Source: Candidatus Omnitrophota bacterium (GTDB lineage: Bacteria; Omnitrophota; Gorgyraeia; B26-G9). From it: a stretch of 64,000 nucleotides of DNA. Below are positions 56,062-64,000 of the stretch, in pieces (the first letter of the stretch is position 1; each line of letters opens with the position of its first letter). The notes under the pieces are model-generated. The model was not told the origin of the DNA and ran no database searches. It saw nothing but the letters and a program-made list of their open reading frames with translations. Both the position numbers and the translations under genes were made by a program. The stretch is from assembly GCA_018817165.1 (NCBI GenBank), contig JAHITY010000101.1:278-64277 (forward strand), given 5' to 3'.

Positions 56062-58215
56062 ATGGATAATGCCAAAGAAGATCTAATTTTTGCGCTGGAT
56101 ATCGGAACTCGCAAGGTTGTGGGTATTATTGCTCAAAAACAAGATGATGTGATACATATTTTAGATGTGGAAAAAGTTGAACATCAAACTAGAACAATGC
56201 TGGATGGGCAGATTCATAATATTAATGAAGTTGCGAAAAGCGTAATAAATATAAAAGAGACATTAGAAAAAAGATCAGGATTGTCTTTATCTAAAGTAGG
56301 AGTTGCTGTAGCGGGCAGAGCGCTCAAGACAGTAAAGGCAAAAATTTCAAAAGAACTTTCTTCGAATAATGAAATTACCGAAGATCAGGTTTTAAATTTA
56401 GACTTAGAAGCGGTTAGTAGTATTTTAAAAAATGCGGATAATGAGATTGGCCACGAAGATTTTTATTGTGTAGGATACAGTGTTGTCTGTCATGAACTTG
56501 ATTCTGAGGTTATCGGTGATTTAGTCGGGCATTTTGGCAAAAGTATGGGCGTAGAGGTTATCGCAACATTTTTACCGCGAATAGTTCTCGATAGTATGTT
56601 GAGTGTTTTGCGCCGGGCAGGGCTTGAAGTCAGTAACCTTACGCTTGAGCCGATAGCAGCTTTAAACGCGATTATTCCTAAAGACATAAGACGCTTAAAT
56701 CTGGTGCTCTTAGATATTGGGGCCGGGACTTCTGATATAGCGCTTACCAAAGAGGGTAGCGTTTTTGCTTATGGCATGGTTCCTGAAGCCGGAGATGAAA
56801 TCACTGAGTTAATCTGCGAGAAGTTTATTCTTGATTTTAATACCGCGGAAAATGTAAAAAGACTGATATCTAAACAAGAAACAGTTTCATTTAAAGATAT
56901 TTTAGGCAAAGAGCATAATCTAGTATCCGCCGATATTATTGATCTGATCAAGCCGAGAATTGCCAAGCTTGCTGATTCAATCGCTAATCAAGTTCTTGAG
57001 CTTAATCAAAAAGTTCCTAATGCTATTATTTTAGTGGGAGGCGGCAGTTTGACTCCTCTGTTTGATCAGCAACTTTCTCGGGCTTTTCCGCTTGATTTAT
57101 CGAATATCGGCATACGTTTGCCGGAAATGGTTTCAAATATTATAGATAAATCCGGCAAACTAAATAGTCCTGATATGGTTACACCTTTGGGGATTTGCAT
57201 AATGACGGCTAATTCTACTGGTTTAAAATTTCTCGAAATATATGTTAATGAAAAAAGAGTTAATGTCTTAGATATGCAGCAAAGTCTAGATGTTTTGAGC
57301 GCGCTTGTAGTTGCCGGTGTTAGTAAAATGAAGTTGTATGGTAGGATAGGCAGGGCTATTTGCGTTGAAGTTAATGGCAAATTAACAGTAATAAAAGGTG
57401 AAATGGGCAGGCCTGCGGAAATTAAGCTTAATGACCAAGCTGCTGATCTTATGACAAAAATAAAAAGTGGAGATAAGATATTTTTTAAGGATGCGATTGA
57501 TGGCTTAGACGCTCAGGCAGTCATCGGTGATATTGTTCAAATCAAGCCTTTAAATATTCAATTTAACGGTAATCCTATGGAAATTATGCCCAAAGTTACG
57601 ATAAACGGAGAGCTAGCGGATCTTGCTGCTGATTTACCAGACCGAGCAGTTATTCAGGTTATGTCGAATGTTACGGCAAGGGATGTTTTAGAGTCAATGA
57701 GCATTAATCCTGAAGAATTGCAGGTAAGAGAGATAGTGGTCAGAGTGAATAAAGAACCTAAGATTATATCTCAAAGTAGTTTTTCTTTGCTTGTTAATGG
57801 GCAGAAAGTTGGATTATTTTCAAATCTCTCAGATGGCAGTGTTATTGAATTTGAGAAAGATAAACCTATATTTTATAAGATTAAGGATATTGTTCAAATG
57901 CCTGACAGTGGTGATGATGTCGAAGTTTTTTTGAACAAAGAAAAGCATGTTTTAAAAGGACCTCCAGGCAAGATTTATATGAATGGGCAACTTGTAGGCC
58001 CAGAAGAGTTTATTATTGACCGGGCAGAGATTATTACAAGCCGAGGCGGTATTTTGCCGCCAACAGTTGCGCAGATTTTAGAGCGCTTACCGATAAGTAT
58101 TGAAGACCAAAGAGGTAAACAGCTTAAAATTACGGTAAATGGAAATCCTGGAGGATTTACAACTCCCCTTTCTCATGGTGCGGATATTAGTATAGATTTT
58201 TTAGACAGGTATTAA
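56062..58215 (+). CDS. FtsA-like actin-fold ATPase with C-terminal ubiquitin-like repeats
   Basis: ALDIGT, LEPIAA, DIGAGTSD, AE..K, VGGGS; C-terminal repeats of hNG...L..GD.I; ATG 56062 after GGGAG. Confidence 0.8.
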   Translation: MDNAKEDLIFALDIGTRKVVGIIAQKQDDVIHILDVEKVEHQTRTMLDGQIHNINEVAKSVINIKETLEKRSGLSLSKVGVAVAGRALKTVKAKISKELSSNNEITEDQVLNLDLEAVSSILKNADNEIGHEDFYCVGYSVVCHELDSEVIGDLVGHFGKSMGVEVIATFLPRIVLDSMLSVLRRAGLEVSNLTLEPIAALNAIIPKDIRRLNLVLLDIGAGTSDIALTKEGSVFAYGMVPEAGDEITELICEKFILDFNTAENVKRLISKQETVSFKDILGKEHNLVSADIIDLIKPRIAKLADSIANQVLELNQKVPNAIILVGGGSLTPLFDQQLSRAFPLDLSNIGIRLPEMVSNIIDKSGKLNSPDMVTPLGICIMTANSTGLKFLEIYVNEKRVNVLDMQQSLDVLSALVVAGVSKMKLYGRIGRAICVEVNGKLTVIKGEMGRPAEIKLNDQAADLMTKIKSGDKIFFKDAIDGLDAQAVIGDIVQIKPLNIQFNGNPMEIMPKVTINGELADLAADLPDRAVIQVMSNVTARDVLESMSINPEELQVREIVVRVNKEPKIISQSSFSLLVNGQKVGLFSNLSDGSVIEFEKDKPIFYKIKDIVQMPDSGDDVEVFLNKEKHVLKGPPGKIYMNGQLVGPEEFIIDRAEIITSRGGILPPTVAQILERLPISIEDQRGKQLKITVNGNPGGFTTPLSHGADISIDFLDRY

Positions 58216-58351
58216 TCTTTTTAATTTCTGCAGTTTCTTTTTTCTAATCAGAGCTTTGAAATTGAACAATATATTCATATAAGTGTTTGTTCCTCAGTGA
58301 ATTAAGTAGTAAAAAATATTCGAATAATTTAATATTTATTAAGCTTGGCTA

Positions 58352-58380
58352 TTGACGCAACTTTTTAAATGCGTTATTAT
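58352..58380 (+). promoter_or_regulatory. Putative sigma70 promoter of topA
   Basis: TTGACG-N17-TATTAT. Confidence 0.55.
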
Positions 58381-58407
58381 AACTGAAAATAAACAAGGGT
58401 AGAATTA

Positions 58408-60390
58408 ATGAAAAATTTAGTTATCGTAGAATCTCCAACCAAAGCAAGAACAATTGGCAAAATTCTGGGAAAGAATTATGCGGTTTATTCTTCTATGGGG
58501 CATATTATTGATTTACCGCGCCGTAAAATAGGGGTTGATGTTGAGCAAGATTTTGCTCCGACTTATGTTGTTATTCCCGGCAAGAAAAAGACTTTGGCTC
58601 AATTGAAAAAAGAGGTAAAAACCTCAGAAGTTGTTTATTTAGCTACTGATCAAGATCGCGAAGGGGAAGCAATCAGCTGGCATTTACAAGAACGTTTACA
58701 GGATAAGAAAAAAACCCGTAAATTTCTCAGGGTAGTGTTTCATGAAATAACTCCGGATGCGATTAAGCAGGCATTTAAAAATCCCAGCAAACTTGATCTA
58801 AACATGGTTAATGCTCAACAGGCAAGGCGAGTTTTAGACCGGGTTGTCGGCTATTTTTTAAGTCCATTATTGTGGAAAAAAGTAGCTAAAGGATTAAGTG
58901 CCGGCAGGGTGCAATCAGTATCTTTAAAACTTATAGTTATCAGAGAACGCGAAATTCAGGACTTTGTTCCCGCGGAATATTGGAAAGTGGAAGCAAATTT
59001 AAAGCGGCAACAAGATGGCCTTGAAGAGTTTACAGCAGAACTTGTCAAATGCGATGGACAGAAAATTGAGCTGGCCAAGCAGGAGCAGGTAGAGGGTATT
59101 GTTCAGGATTTAGAAAAAGCGGAATATATTGTTTCTTCAGTTAAAAAGAAAGAAAAGAAGCGTAATCCTTATCCTCCGTTTATAACCAGTACTTTACAGC
59201 AGGATGCTTTTAATAAACTTAAATATACCGCGCGCAAGACAATGATGATTGCTCAGCAGCTGTATGAAGGCATTGATCTCGGTCAACAGGACCCGATTGG
59301 GCTGATTAGTTATATGCGTACTGATTCTGTGAAAATTGCTGATGTGGCTTTAGTTCAGCTTAGAAAATATATTAATGATAACTTTGGCTCGGCTTATTTA
59401 CCAGCAAAGCCTAATGTTTATAAATCAAAAAAATCAGCGCAGGAAGCGCATGAAGCAATAAGGCCGACGTCAATTGAACGGACTCCTTCCCAGATGCAGC
59501 CTTTTTTAAGTCAGGAACAATACAAGCTTTATGAGCTTATCTGGAAAAGAACGATTGCTTCTCAAATGCAATCAGCTGTTTATATAGTTAATACAATTGA
59601 AGTAGCCGCGGGAAAGTACTTGTTTAGCGCCAGCGGATCGGTTATTAAATTCGAAGGTTTTTTAAAAGCCTATCAGGAAGATTTAAAAGAAAAAGAGAGT
59701 TTAATCCCTGAAATATCAAAAGGCGAAATTTTAACATTACTTAAATTAATGCCCAGTCAGCATTTTACTCGGCCTCCGGCTAGATATTCTGAATCTTCTC
59801 TGGTCAAGGCTTTGGAGGAAGAAGGTATTGGCCGTCCAAGTACTTATGCTCCGATTGTTCATACTTTAATTTTTCGTAATTATATTTGTAGAGAAAAAGG
59901 TTATCTTACTTGTACGGAATTGGGGATGAAGGTAAATGATATTTTAGTAGAATATTTTCCGAACATTATTGATGTGGCTTTTACCGCGACAATGGAAGAA
60001 GAGCTGGATAAAGTAGAGGAAGGAAAACTTGATTGGGTAAAAGCTTTGAAAGATTTTTACATTCCGTTTAAGGAAAAGCTTACCTTTGCTCAGACAAATT
60101 TAAAAAAAGAAGTTGTGGAAACTGATGAGAATTGCGAAAAGTGCGGTAAGCCGATGGTTATTAAATGGTCACGTTCTGGAAAATTTTTAAGCTGTTCAGG
60201 TTTTCCGGATTGTCGTAATGCCAAATCAATATCTTTAGGCGTGAAATGTCCTCAGCCAGAATGTGAGGGAGAGCTTATCCTGCGCAGATCAAAAAGAGGT
60301 ATGCAGTTTTACGGTTGCAGTACTTATCCTAAATGCACATATATAACTAAAGTACTCCCGACAACAGACAGTCAAGTAACGGATGATTAA
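58408..60390 (+). CDS. topA: DNA topoisomerase I
   Basis: VESP.K, D.DREGE, SAGRVQ, YMRTD, two C4 zinc ribbons. Confidence 0.98.
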   Translation: MKNLVIVESPTKARTIGKILGKNYAVYSSMGHIIDLPRRKIGVDVEQDFAPTYVVIPGKKKTLAQLKKEVKTSEVVYLATDQDREGEAISWHLQERLQDKKKTRKFLRVVFHEITPDAIKQAFKNPSKLDLNMVNAQQARRVLDRVVGYFLSPLLWKKVAKGLSAGRVQSVSLKLIVIREREIQDFVPAEYWKVEANLKRQQDGLEEFTAELVKCDGQKIELAKQEQVEGIVQDLEKAEYIVSSVKKKEKKRNPYPPFITSTLQQDAFNKLKYTARKTMMIAQQLYEGIDLGQQDPIGLISYMRTDSVKIADVALVQLRKYINDNFGSAYLPAKPNVYKSKKSAQEAHEAIRPTSIERTPSQMQPFLSQEQYKLYELIWKRTIASQMQSAVYIVNTIEVAAGKYLFSASGSVIKFEGFLKAYQEDLKEKESLIPEISKGEILTLLKLMPSQHFTRPPARYSESSLVKALEEEGIGRPSTYAPIVHTLIFRNYICREKGYLTCTELGMKVNDILVEYFPNIIDVAFTATMEEELDKVEEGKLDWVKALKDFYIPFKEKLTFAQTNLKKEVVETDENCEKCGKPMVIKWSRSGKFLSCSGFPDCRNAKSISLGVKCPQPECEGELILRRSKRGMQFYGCSTYPKCTYITKVLPTTDSQVTDD

Positions 60391-60403
60391 GCAGGATGGA
60401 TAA

Positions 60404-61270
60404 ATGGAACGTTATATTGATAAATTCCTTAATTATCTTAAGATTGAAAAAGACTCCTCGGTACATACTCTGATTAATTATAGTGTTGATCTAAAAGAAC
60501 TTTCCTTATTTATCGATTCTCGAGAACTAAAAGATATTGATGTTTTAGATGTGCGTAAATTTCTCGTAAGCTTGCGCCAAAAAGGATTTAAAAAAGTAAC
60601 TATTGCCCGAAAAATGGCCTGCCTCAGATCTTTTTTTAAATTTTTGTGCCGGGAAGGCCATCTAAAACTAAATCCAATGGTTGGTTTAGTCGGCCCAAAG
60701 TTGGATAAAAAACTGCCAATCTTTTTAAGTGAAGATGATATGTCTAAACTTCTCGATACGCCTGATATTAAGGAAATTTCTGGTTTGCGGGATAAAGCTA
60801 TTTTGGAAACATTATATAGTACGGGAGTGCGCGTCAGCGAATTAGTCGGCTTAAATATTGAACATATTGATTTTATATCCGGAGTGGTAAGGGTTTATGG
60901 TAAAGGGAAAAAGGAACGCTTAGCCCCTATCGGAGATAGGGCTTTAAGAGTTATTAAAAGTTATTTGCAGAAAAGAAGAAAAGATTCTTCAGATAGAATT
61001 TTATTTTTAAATAAAGATGGCCGGCGTTTGACTGATCGCAGTGTGCGTAACATTGTTGATAAATATATTAAGGTGGCTAGTGTGCGTAGCGATATTTCCC
61101 CCCATAGTTTGCGGCATTCATTTGCGACACATCTCCTAAATAGAGGAGCTGATTTGCGTTCCGTCCAAGAACTTCTGGGTCACGCAAATTTATCAACAAC
61201 GACGATATATACTCATCTTTCTACGGAAAAGCTCAAGAGTGTCTATGATCAAACCCATCCGCGGGCTTAA
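60404..61270 (+). CDS. xerC: Tyrosine recombinase XerC
   Basis: TGVRVSEL, GKG.KER, HSLRHSFATH, LGH, Y; topA-xerC synteny. Confidence 0.9.
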   Translation: MERYIDKFLNYLKIEKDSSVHTLINYSVDLKELSLFIDSRELKDIDVLDVRKFLVSLRQKGFKKVTIARKMACLRSFFKFLCREGHLKLNPMVGLVGPKLDKKLPIFLSEDDMSKLLDTPDIKEISGLRDKAILETLYSTGVRVSELVGLNIEHIDFISGVVRVYGKGKKERLAPIGDRALRVIKSYLQKRRKDSSDRILFLNKDGRRLTDRSVRNIVDKYIKVASVRSDISPHSLRHSFATHLLNRGADLRSVQELLGHANLSTTTIYTHLSTEKLKSVYDQTHPRA

Positions 61271-61345
61271 CTTAGTCAATAGCTAATAAGCTCGTGAGCT
61301 CATATAATGTCGAAAGATGATACAAGTAATATATAAGGGAATCTA

Positions 61346-62611
61346 ATGACCGTACTATTCAATATAATATATTTGATCTTGGCGATTCTTTATTTGCCGG
61401 CACTTATTTTAAAAGGCAAACATCGAGTTGGTTTTTTACAAAGATTCGGAATATATTCTCCTGCTTTAAGGCAGCGAATGGGAAAAGAAGAATTTTCTAT
61501 TTGGCTGCATGCAGTTAGTGTCGGAGAAATAAAAGCAGCCGCTCCGTTAATCAAGCGATTGCGCGAAAAAAATCCTGGATTAAAACTAATAATTTCCACA
61601 ATTACGCCTACGGGCAATAAAATTGCTCAGGCTATTGCCGGGGAAGAAGATTTGGTTATTTATTTTCCTTTTGATTTAAGTTGGATTATTAATCGAGTAT
61701 TTTTTTTATTGGCGCCAAAACTTTTACTTATTATGGAAACCGAGCTTTGGCCAAACGCAATAAGACTAGCAAAAAAAAATAATATTAAAACTGTCATAAT
61801 AAATGGGAGAATTTCAAATAAAGCTTTTCCGCGTTATAAAATGGCGGGTTTTTTGTTTAGGCCGATAATTAAAAAAATTGATTTACTCTGTATGCAGACT
61901 AATCTGGATGCCCAAAGAATTGTCGAGCTTGGGGCGGATAAACAATCTGTGCATATAGTAGGAAATATTAAATTTGATCAAATCGCGGAAATTGATAAGC
62001 ATGCTTTGCCTGATATCGGTTTAAATAAATCAGAGCGGCTTATTTTAGCCGGAAGCACGCATGATAATGAAGAACAGCAGATAGTGAAAGTTTTTAAAAA
62101 ATTAAAGCAACAATTTCCCGATATTCGACTTATGATTGCTCCGCGTCATCCGCAGCGGGTTAATCAAATATTGGAAATGCTTAGAGCTGAAGGAGTATCA
62201 GCAACGCTAATCAGTCAGATTGAAAAAAAAGAATTGGGTGAAATAAAAAATAAGGTTTTGATTTTAGATATTATGGGAGTATTAACTGATTATTATCAAT
62301 TAGCCGATATTGTTTTTGTCGGGGGAAGCTTGGTCAAGCATGGCGGACAGAATCCAATCGAACCGGCAATGCTAGGCAAGCCAATAGTTTTTGGTCAATA
62401 TATGTTTAATTTTACTGAAGTGGTAAAGCTGTTTTTAGATAATAATGCGGCTGTATTGGTCAATGATTCAGAGCAGCTGTTTACTAGCCTGCGGGATTTA
62501 TTAATGAATAAAGCTAAAATCGATAGTTTAGTTAGTAATGCCAATAAGGTGATTGGGCAAAACCGAGGCAGTGTGGCAAGAGTAATTACATTGGTTAGTG
62601 CTTTAAGTTAG
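61346..62611 (+). CDS. waaA: Kdo transferase
   Basis: WLHAVSVGE, ETELWP, GSTH, PRHP.R, GGQNPIEP. Confidence 0.95.
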   Translation: MTVLFNIIYLILAILYLPALILKGKHRVGFLQRFGIYSPALRQRMGKEEFSIWLHAVSVGEIKAAAPLIKRLREKNPGLKLIISTITPTGNKIAQAIAGEEDLVIYFPFDLSWIINRVFFLLAPKLLLIMETELWPNAIRLAKKNNIKTVIINGRISNKAFPRYKMAGFLFRPIIKKIDLLCMQTNLDAQRIVELGADKQSVHIVGNIKFDQIAEIDKHALPDIGLNKSERLILAGSTHDNEEQQIVKVFKKLKQQFPDIRLMIAPRHPQRVNQILEMLRAEGVSATLISQIEKKELGEIKNKVLILDIMGVLTDYYQLADIVFVGGSLVKHGGQNPIEPAMLGKPIVFGQYMFNFTEVVKLFLDNNAAVLVNDSEQLFTSLRDLLMNKAKIDSLVSNANKVIGQNRGSVARVITLVSALS

Positions 62612-62688
62612 ATAGGATTTATTTTTTGTAATCTTCGTCAACCTAATATTAAAAATTAGTTGACGTAAAATAAAAAGGTAATTGCTCT

Positions 62689-64000
62689 ATGGATTTTAGT
62701 CGAAGAATGAGTTTTTTTGTATTTTGTGTTATTTTTTTGATTAAGGCTAATCCTTGTTTTGGAGAAACTAATGAAAGGCAGGATTATTATCTAGAGCCAG
62801 TAGTTGTTTATCCGTCAATCCTGAATGAGTATTATTCGAATTCATTGCGTCATATCGAATATCGGGAAGATATCCAAGTTCCAATTGACCAGGATTTAAA
62901 AAAAGTCTCTTTTGCCGATATCCAAACTCGCGGGCCTTTATCTGTTCAGTCTGATTTGCAGATGCGCGGAGCGAGTTTTGAACAAACCGATGTTTTAATT
63001 GACGGAATTAAAGTTAATGATCCTCAGACCGGACACTTTAATCTGGATATTCCTTTTTCCACTGATGATATTGATAAGATAATTTTAATTCCCGGGCCGG
63101 CAGCGGTTATTAACGGAGCCGGCCGTCCCGGAGGAGCGGTGCATATTATTACCAAACAGCCGCAAGGCAAGTCAATTAAAGCTAAAGTAGTTTTGGGAGA
63201 TAATAACTTTTTGGCGCAGCAACTGTCAGTGGAACATCCAGTGGCTAGGATTAATACGCGGACTAGTATTAGCGAGAGTTCGTCAGATGGGTATAGAGAA
63301 AATACTGATTTTGATTTGATGAATTTTTCGCATATTAGTTGTTGGGAAAGCGGATATGGCGATGTCCAATTTAATCTTGGAGTTTTGGATAAGGAATTCG
63401 GAGCAAATGGGTTTTATTCAGAGTTTTTCCCTAATCAGCAGGAACATACAAAGACAACTTTTGGCAGTATCGGGATTAAATCTGAGTATGATGATTTCTA
63501 TATTAATCCTCAAATTTATGTTCGCAGACAAAGCGATCGGTTTTTATTAAATAAGGATAATCCCGCATTTTATGAAAATAACCATCTAAATTATGTTAAA
63601 GGCGTAAAAGTCGATACTGTGAACGTATGGGCGCAAGGCAAAGTCTTTGCGGGTATTGATGCTGCGCTGGAAAGCATTGACAGCAGTAATTTAAAACAGC
63701 ATGATCGTCAGCGAAATATGGTGTATACTGCTTACAGCACGAAGCTGGATCAGTGGCTTTTATCTTTTGGGCTTAGTGGTTATTTTTATCAGGGTTTTGA
63801 AAATCAGGCTGCTCCGGATATTAGTATTGGTTATTATTTTAATGATTCTTTGAAAGTAAGATCAGCATTTAGTCAATCTTTTAGAGCCCCAACTTTTACT
63901 GAACTTTATTATCAAAGCCCTTCAAATATCGGCAATGAGAATTTATTTCCGGAACGTTCAAATAATTATGAAATTGGGATTGATTGTTTAAAGCCCGATT
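62689..64000 (+). CDS. TonB-dependent receptor, 5' part (runs off the window, absent from the ORF track)
   Basis: MDFSRRMSFF.. signal, TonB box LEPVVV, plug MRGASFEQTDVLIDGIKVNDPQTGH, late SFRAPTFTELYY..GNENL.PE in the same frame. Confidence 0.9.
   Translation, partial: MDFSRRMSFFVFCVIFLIKANPCFGETNERQDYYLEPVVVYPSILNEYYSNSLRHIEYREDIQVPIDQDLKKVSFADIQTRGPLSVQSDLQMRGASFEQTDVLIDGIKVNDPQTGHFNLDIPFSTDDIDKIILIPGPAAVINGAGRPGGAVHIITKQPQGKSIKAKVVLGDNNFLAQQLSVEHPVARINTRTSISESSSDGYRENTDFDLMNFSHISCWESGYGDVQFNLGVLDKEFGANGFYSEFFPNQQEHTKTTFGSIGIKSEYDDFYINPQIYVRRQSDRFLLNKDNPAFYENNHLNYVKGVKVDTVNVWAQGKVFAGIDAALESIDSSNLKQHDRQRNMVYTAYSTKLDQWLLSFGLSGYFYQGFENQAAPDISIGYYFNDSLKVRSAFSQSFRAPTFTELYYQSPSNIGNENLFPERSNNYEIGIDCLKPD

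Noticed and set aside
60404-61270. Tyrosine recombinase as an island or prophage integrase
   Set aside because: Size, motifs and topA adjacency fit housekeeping XerC; no cargo or att sites seen
61281-61304. AGCT repeated with period 8 after xerC
   Set aside because: Only three degenerate units and no inverted partner; too weak to call
224-63550. Numerous short minus-strand and alternate-frame ORFs in the track (e.g. 34726-35292, 54584-55192, 63356-63550)
   Set aside because: They are shadows of well-supported + strand genes with no recognisable motifs

Overview
AT-rich, densely coding bacterial chromosomal segment in which every supportable gene lies on the + strand. It is probably from a diderm anaerobe; protein motifs suggest Candidatus Omnitrophota (PVC group), which is an inference. 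In order, it carries: the end of the ribosomal alpha operon (rpsM-rpsK-rpsD-rpoA-rplQ) and aspC; a TCA block (icd-mdh-apbE-aconitase); small genes including a trpB2 pseudogene and nikR; tmk-holB-ricT-metG-tatD; two tandem REC-GGDEF cyclases; mtnA-thiL-tsaE-tsaB-alr; a type IV minor-pilin cassette ending in two secreted paralogs with phage-tailspike-type autocleaving chaperone domains; ilv/leu/aro genes interleaved with pilT and pilD; era; a group 1a-like [NiFe] hydrogenase with a tetraheme cytochrome; an outer-membrane beta-barrel; a CheC/CheD-type chemosensory operon with a heme-c MCP, no CheR and an FtsA-like ATPase bearing ubiquitin-like repeats; topA-xerC-waaA; and a partial TonB-dependent receptor. 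Intergenic DNA holds a ~100-nt two-hairpin repeat in 3 copies with a compensatory base-pair change, inverted heptamer/hexamer arrays, a multibranch hairpin and an 18-bp inverted pair flanking the che block. No rRNA, tRNA, CRISPR array, transposase or prophage was recognised.
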